Positions 7,202 through 9,352 of a stretch of DNA of 9,352 nucleotides are shown here, one piece after another (position 1 is the stretch's first letter; every line of letters begins with the position of its first letter). The DNA is from Fonticula alba ATCC 38817. Taxonomy: Eukaryota > Protista > Nucleariida. Both the position numbers and the translations under genes were made by a program. The stretch lies in the NCBI GenBank assembly GCA_000388065.2, contig KB932217.1. One strand, written 5' to 3'. Below the pieces are notes generated by a model. It made no database searches. It was given only the letters and a program-made list of their open reading frames with translations, and was not told where the DNA came from.

Positions 7202-7818
7202 GGCCGGCCAGTGGGGCCGAGCAGGCTCCCGGCGAAAGGGCCCCCCGTGGCGCTGTGGGCCTGGCAGGCCCCACTGGCTGGGATGCCCCCGGTGTGCGTT
7301 CGCGCGCATCATCGTGCCTCTCCGGGTGCGGCTGTCCGACTCCATGTGCGGCCGGCTGCGTGCGGCACGCCGCCACCGCCCCGGCGGGGCCCGGCTCTCA
7401 CGGCCCGGAGGCAGGTCGCCGCGGTCGCACCGGCCAGCTCCCGCACCAGGGGAGGGGGGGGGGAGTGTACCGCCCCGCGAGCCGGGCCCAACAGCCGGCC
7501 CGTGCTGCCTGCCGCGAGCATGGGGGCCACGGCGCCGTGTGCCGGCGGCGCCCTGTCACCGGGCGCGGCACGCGATCCAGGCTCGCCGGTGGCCGACCTC
7601 CCCCTGCCGCGGGCCGACACACCGGGCCGGTGCCGGCAGCCGGAAGGGCCTCCGCCACCGGCGTGTCAAGCCGCCGGGCGTTTCTCCGGGGGGGGGGGGG
7701 GGGGGGCCGGCCGCCTTCGGCGATCGTGGCGGCATAGCCCGGACCGAAGCGGCCTCTGCCCTGGCAAGGGACATGGCACGTCCTTCCCCCGGCCTGGGCA
7801 GAAGGCGGCAAACAATAA

Positions 7819-7850
7819 CACACACACACACACACACGCACACACGCGCG
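7819..7850. repeat. (CA)9 with a degenerate CA/CG tail
   Basis: Read directly. On the minus strand it is followed by ttctgcccag, an acceptor-like site at 7794..7795. Confidence 0.85.
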
Positions 7851-8358
7851 AGCGCCAGCCCACCGCCCGCCCCCCCCGCGGGCCTGGCCAGTGCGAAGCA
7901 CGGTGTCCCGCACGCTAGCGACCAGGTTGATCGGCGGAGCATTCCCCAGCGAAGGACCTGTCCATCTACACACCCCCCTTGGGGATCTGCGCCAGGGGTA
8001 GGTGCATTTCTCCGGCGTTGACATTATATTGGCATATGTGCATGTGCATGCTCGTACGGTGGCCGGCAGGCGGGCGCCCGTGTGCCCGGCGACCGGCACC
8101 GGTGCCACCGGGGGGCCAGCCAGGCCGATCAGCCAGCCCGCCCCGAGGGGGCTCCCCTGCCGAGTGGCCAACTCTCGCGACCGTCAAGAGCCGGCTCTCC
8201 CCCCGGCGGCCTGGGCGCCTCCCCCCCCCCCTCCCCGGCAGGGGCGGATGGTCTGGGTCGGCATGCGCCCGGCCGGCCCGAGGGTCAGGGGCAGGGGCGA
8301 ACCGGCAGGCCGCACCTCGGCGCGGTTCGCCCGCGCCCGCGGTCCTTCCCATCGTGCC

Positions 8359-8383
8359 CTCTCTCTCTCTCTCTCCCTCTCTC
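8359..8383. repeat. (CT)n microsatellite, (CT)8 core
   Basis: Read directly. Confidence 0.85.
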
Positions 8384-9330
8384 GGGCGCCGGGGGGGGGG
8401 GTGTCAGTGACGCGCGTGCGCCCGATGACGGACCCGATGAGTGGCCGCCCGGTGCCGGCGGCCGGAGGAATGAGCAAACATCGTTTCCGGGCTAGCTGGC
8501 CGGCGGGCAACCCGCACGCCCGGCCGCCGGCGCCCCATTCCCTGGTCCGACGCCGGCAAATCTGTCCCCCCCCCCCCCCCCCCCCGCGTTCATTGTCACG
8601 TCGGGGCTCGCCCGCTGGCTAGTGGAACAATAACACTGGACCCGCCGGCCGGGGGAGGAATTCAAATTCCCACTCCCCACGGGCGGCGGCCGGGGGGAGG
8701 GGGGGGACATGATCGCCGAACCCGGCCGTTGTGGGTTGTCTGCCTTGCCGAGGCGCGTGCGCGCGCGCCCAGGCCCGTGAGAGAGTCGGCTCCCGCCGCG
8801 GCTGGTTGGGGAGCGGGGCGCGTTCCAGCGTGGCGGCCGTGGCGCGCGCGCGCGCGCGCGACCGCCACCGGGACACTTCCCGGCGGGCATCCCGCCCCAC
8901 CAACCCGGCGGATGGTGTTCCACGGCGGACGCGCGCGATGCGCCGTCGTGCACGCGCGCTGGTCGCCGCCCCCGGGTTCAGTGCGCGGGGGGGGGGGGGG
9001 GAAAGAAAACAACGACTCGCGATCTGGTGTCCCAGCTCAGGAGCCGGGGAGAGCCAGCACGCGCCTCCTGGCACGGGTGGATCGCCGTGCGGGCCCGCCC
9101 GCTCGCGCGGGTCATGCGGCACGGCTGATCCGCTGGCCGGGGCGCGGCGGGAAGCTCACGTGCGCAGACACGCCACCGGGCCAGCCGCCTGGCCGCGCTG
9201 GCTACAGGACCAGTCATTCCGGAACTGACACCCAGATGCTTGTGGGCGAGGAGGAGGGCGAGGGACGGTGGCCGGCAACAGTGGCTCCGGCCTCGCCATT
9301 GGGGGGCCGCCCTCATGCCCTGGCACTCGG

Positions 9331-9352
9331 GGGGTGGGGTGGGGTGGGGTGG
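9331..9352 (+). repeat. (GGGGT)4 G-quadruplex-type pentamer repeat, truncated by the window end
   Basis: ggggtggggtggggtggggtgg. Confidence 0.75.

Noticed and set aside
655-9087. Six copies of GATCGCCG on both strands (655, 898, 4131, 7718, 8711, 9080)
   Set aside because: Picked post hoc, GC-rich, and with no consistent position relative to genes.
1-9352. tRNA, rRNA, snRNA/snoRNA, CRISPR arrays, transposase or RT genes
   Set aside because: I saw no recognisable cloverleaf, rRNA motif, repeat-spacer array or mobile-element ORF.
1-9352. Species assignment (the style recalls GC-rich protists such as Fonticula or Paratrimastix)
   Set aside because: Compositional impression only; it needs a BLAST search or marker phylogeny.

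Overview
Very GC-rich (about 70% by eye) nuclear DNA of an intron-containing microbial eukaryote, with GT-AG introns, CTRAC branch points, poly-C/G tracts and CA/TG microsatellites. The species cannot be determined from the sequence. Most ORFs in the supplied track are GC artefacts. Three genes are well supported. (1) A 4-exon minus-strand DEDDy 3'-5' exonuclease (WRN-exo/RNase D/EXD-like, about 706 aa) with all catalytic motifs intact, an unrecognised N-terminal domain and a mitochondrial-presequence-like N-terminus. (2) A 3-exon plus-strand gene for a 76-aa coiled-coil protein that is split across the ORF track and fits the DASH/Dam1 kinetochore subunit Dad2 (Duo1 paralogue not excluded). 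(3) An intronless minus-strand secreted, GPI-anchored surface protein of 477 aa built from three copies of an 8-Cys module I cannot name, separated by Ser/Ala stalks. A fourth low-complexity gene may lie at 65-1215 (minus). The region 7200-9352 is unresolved.
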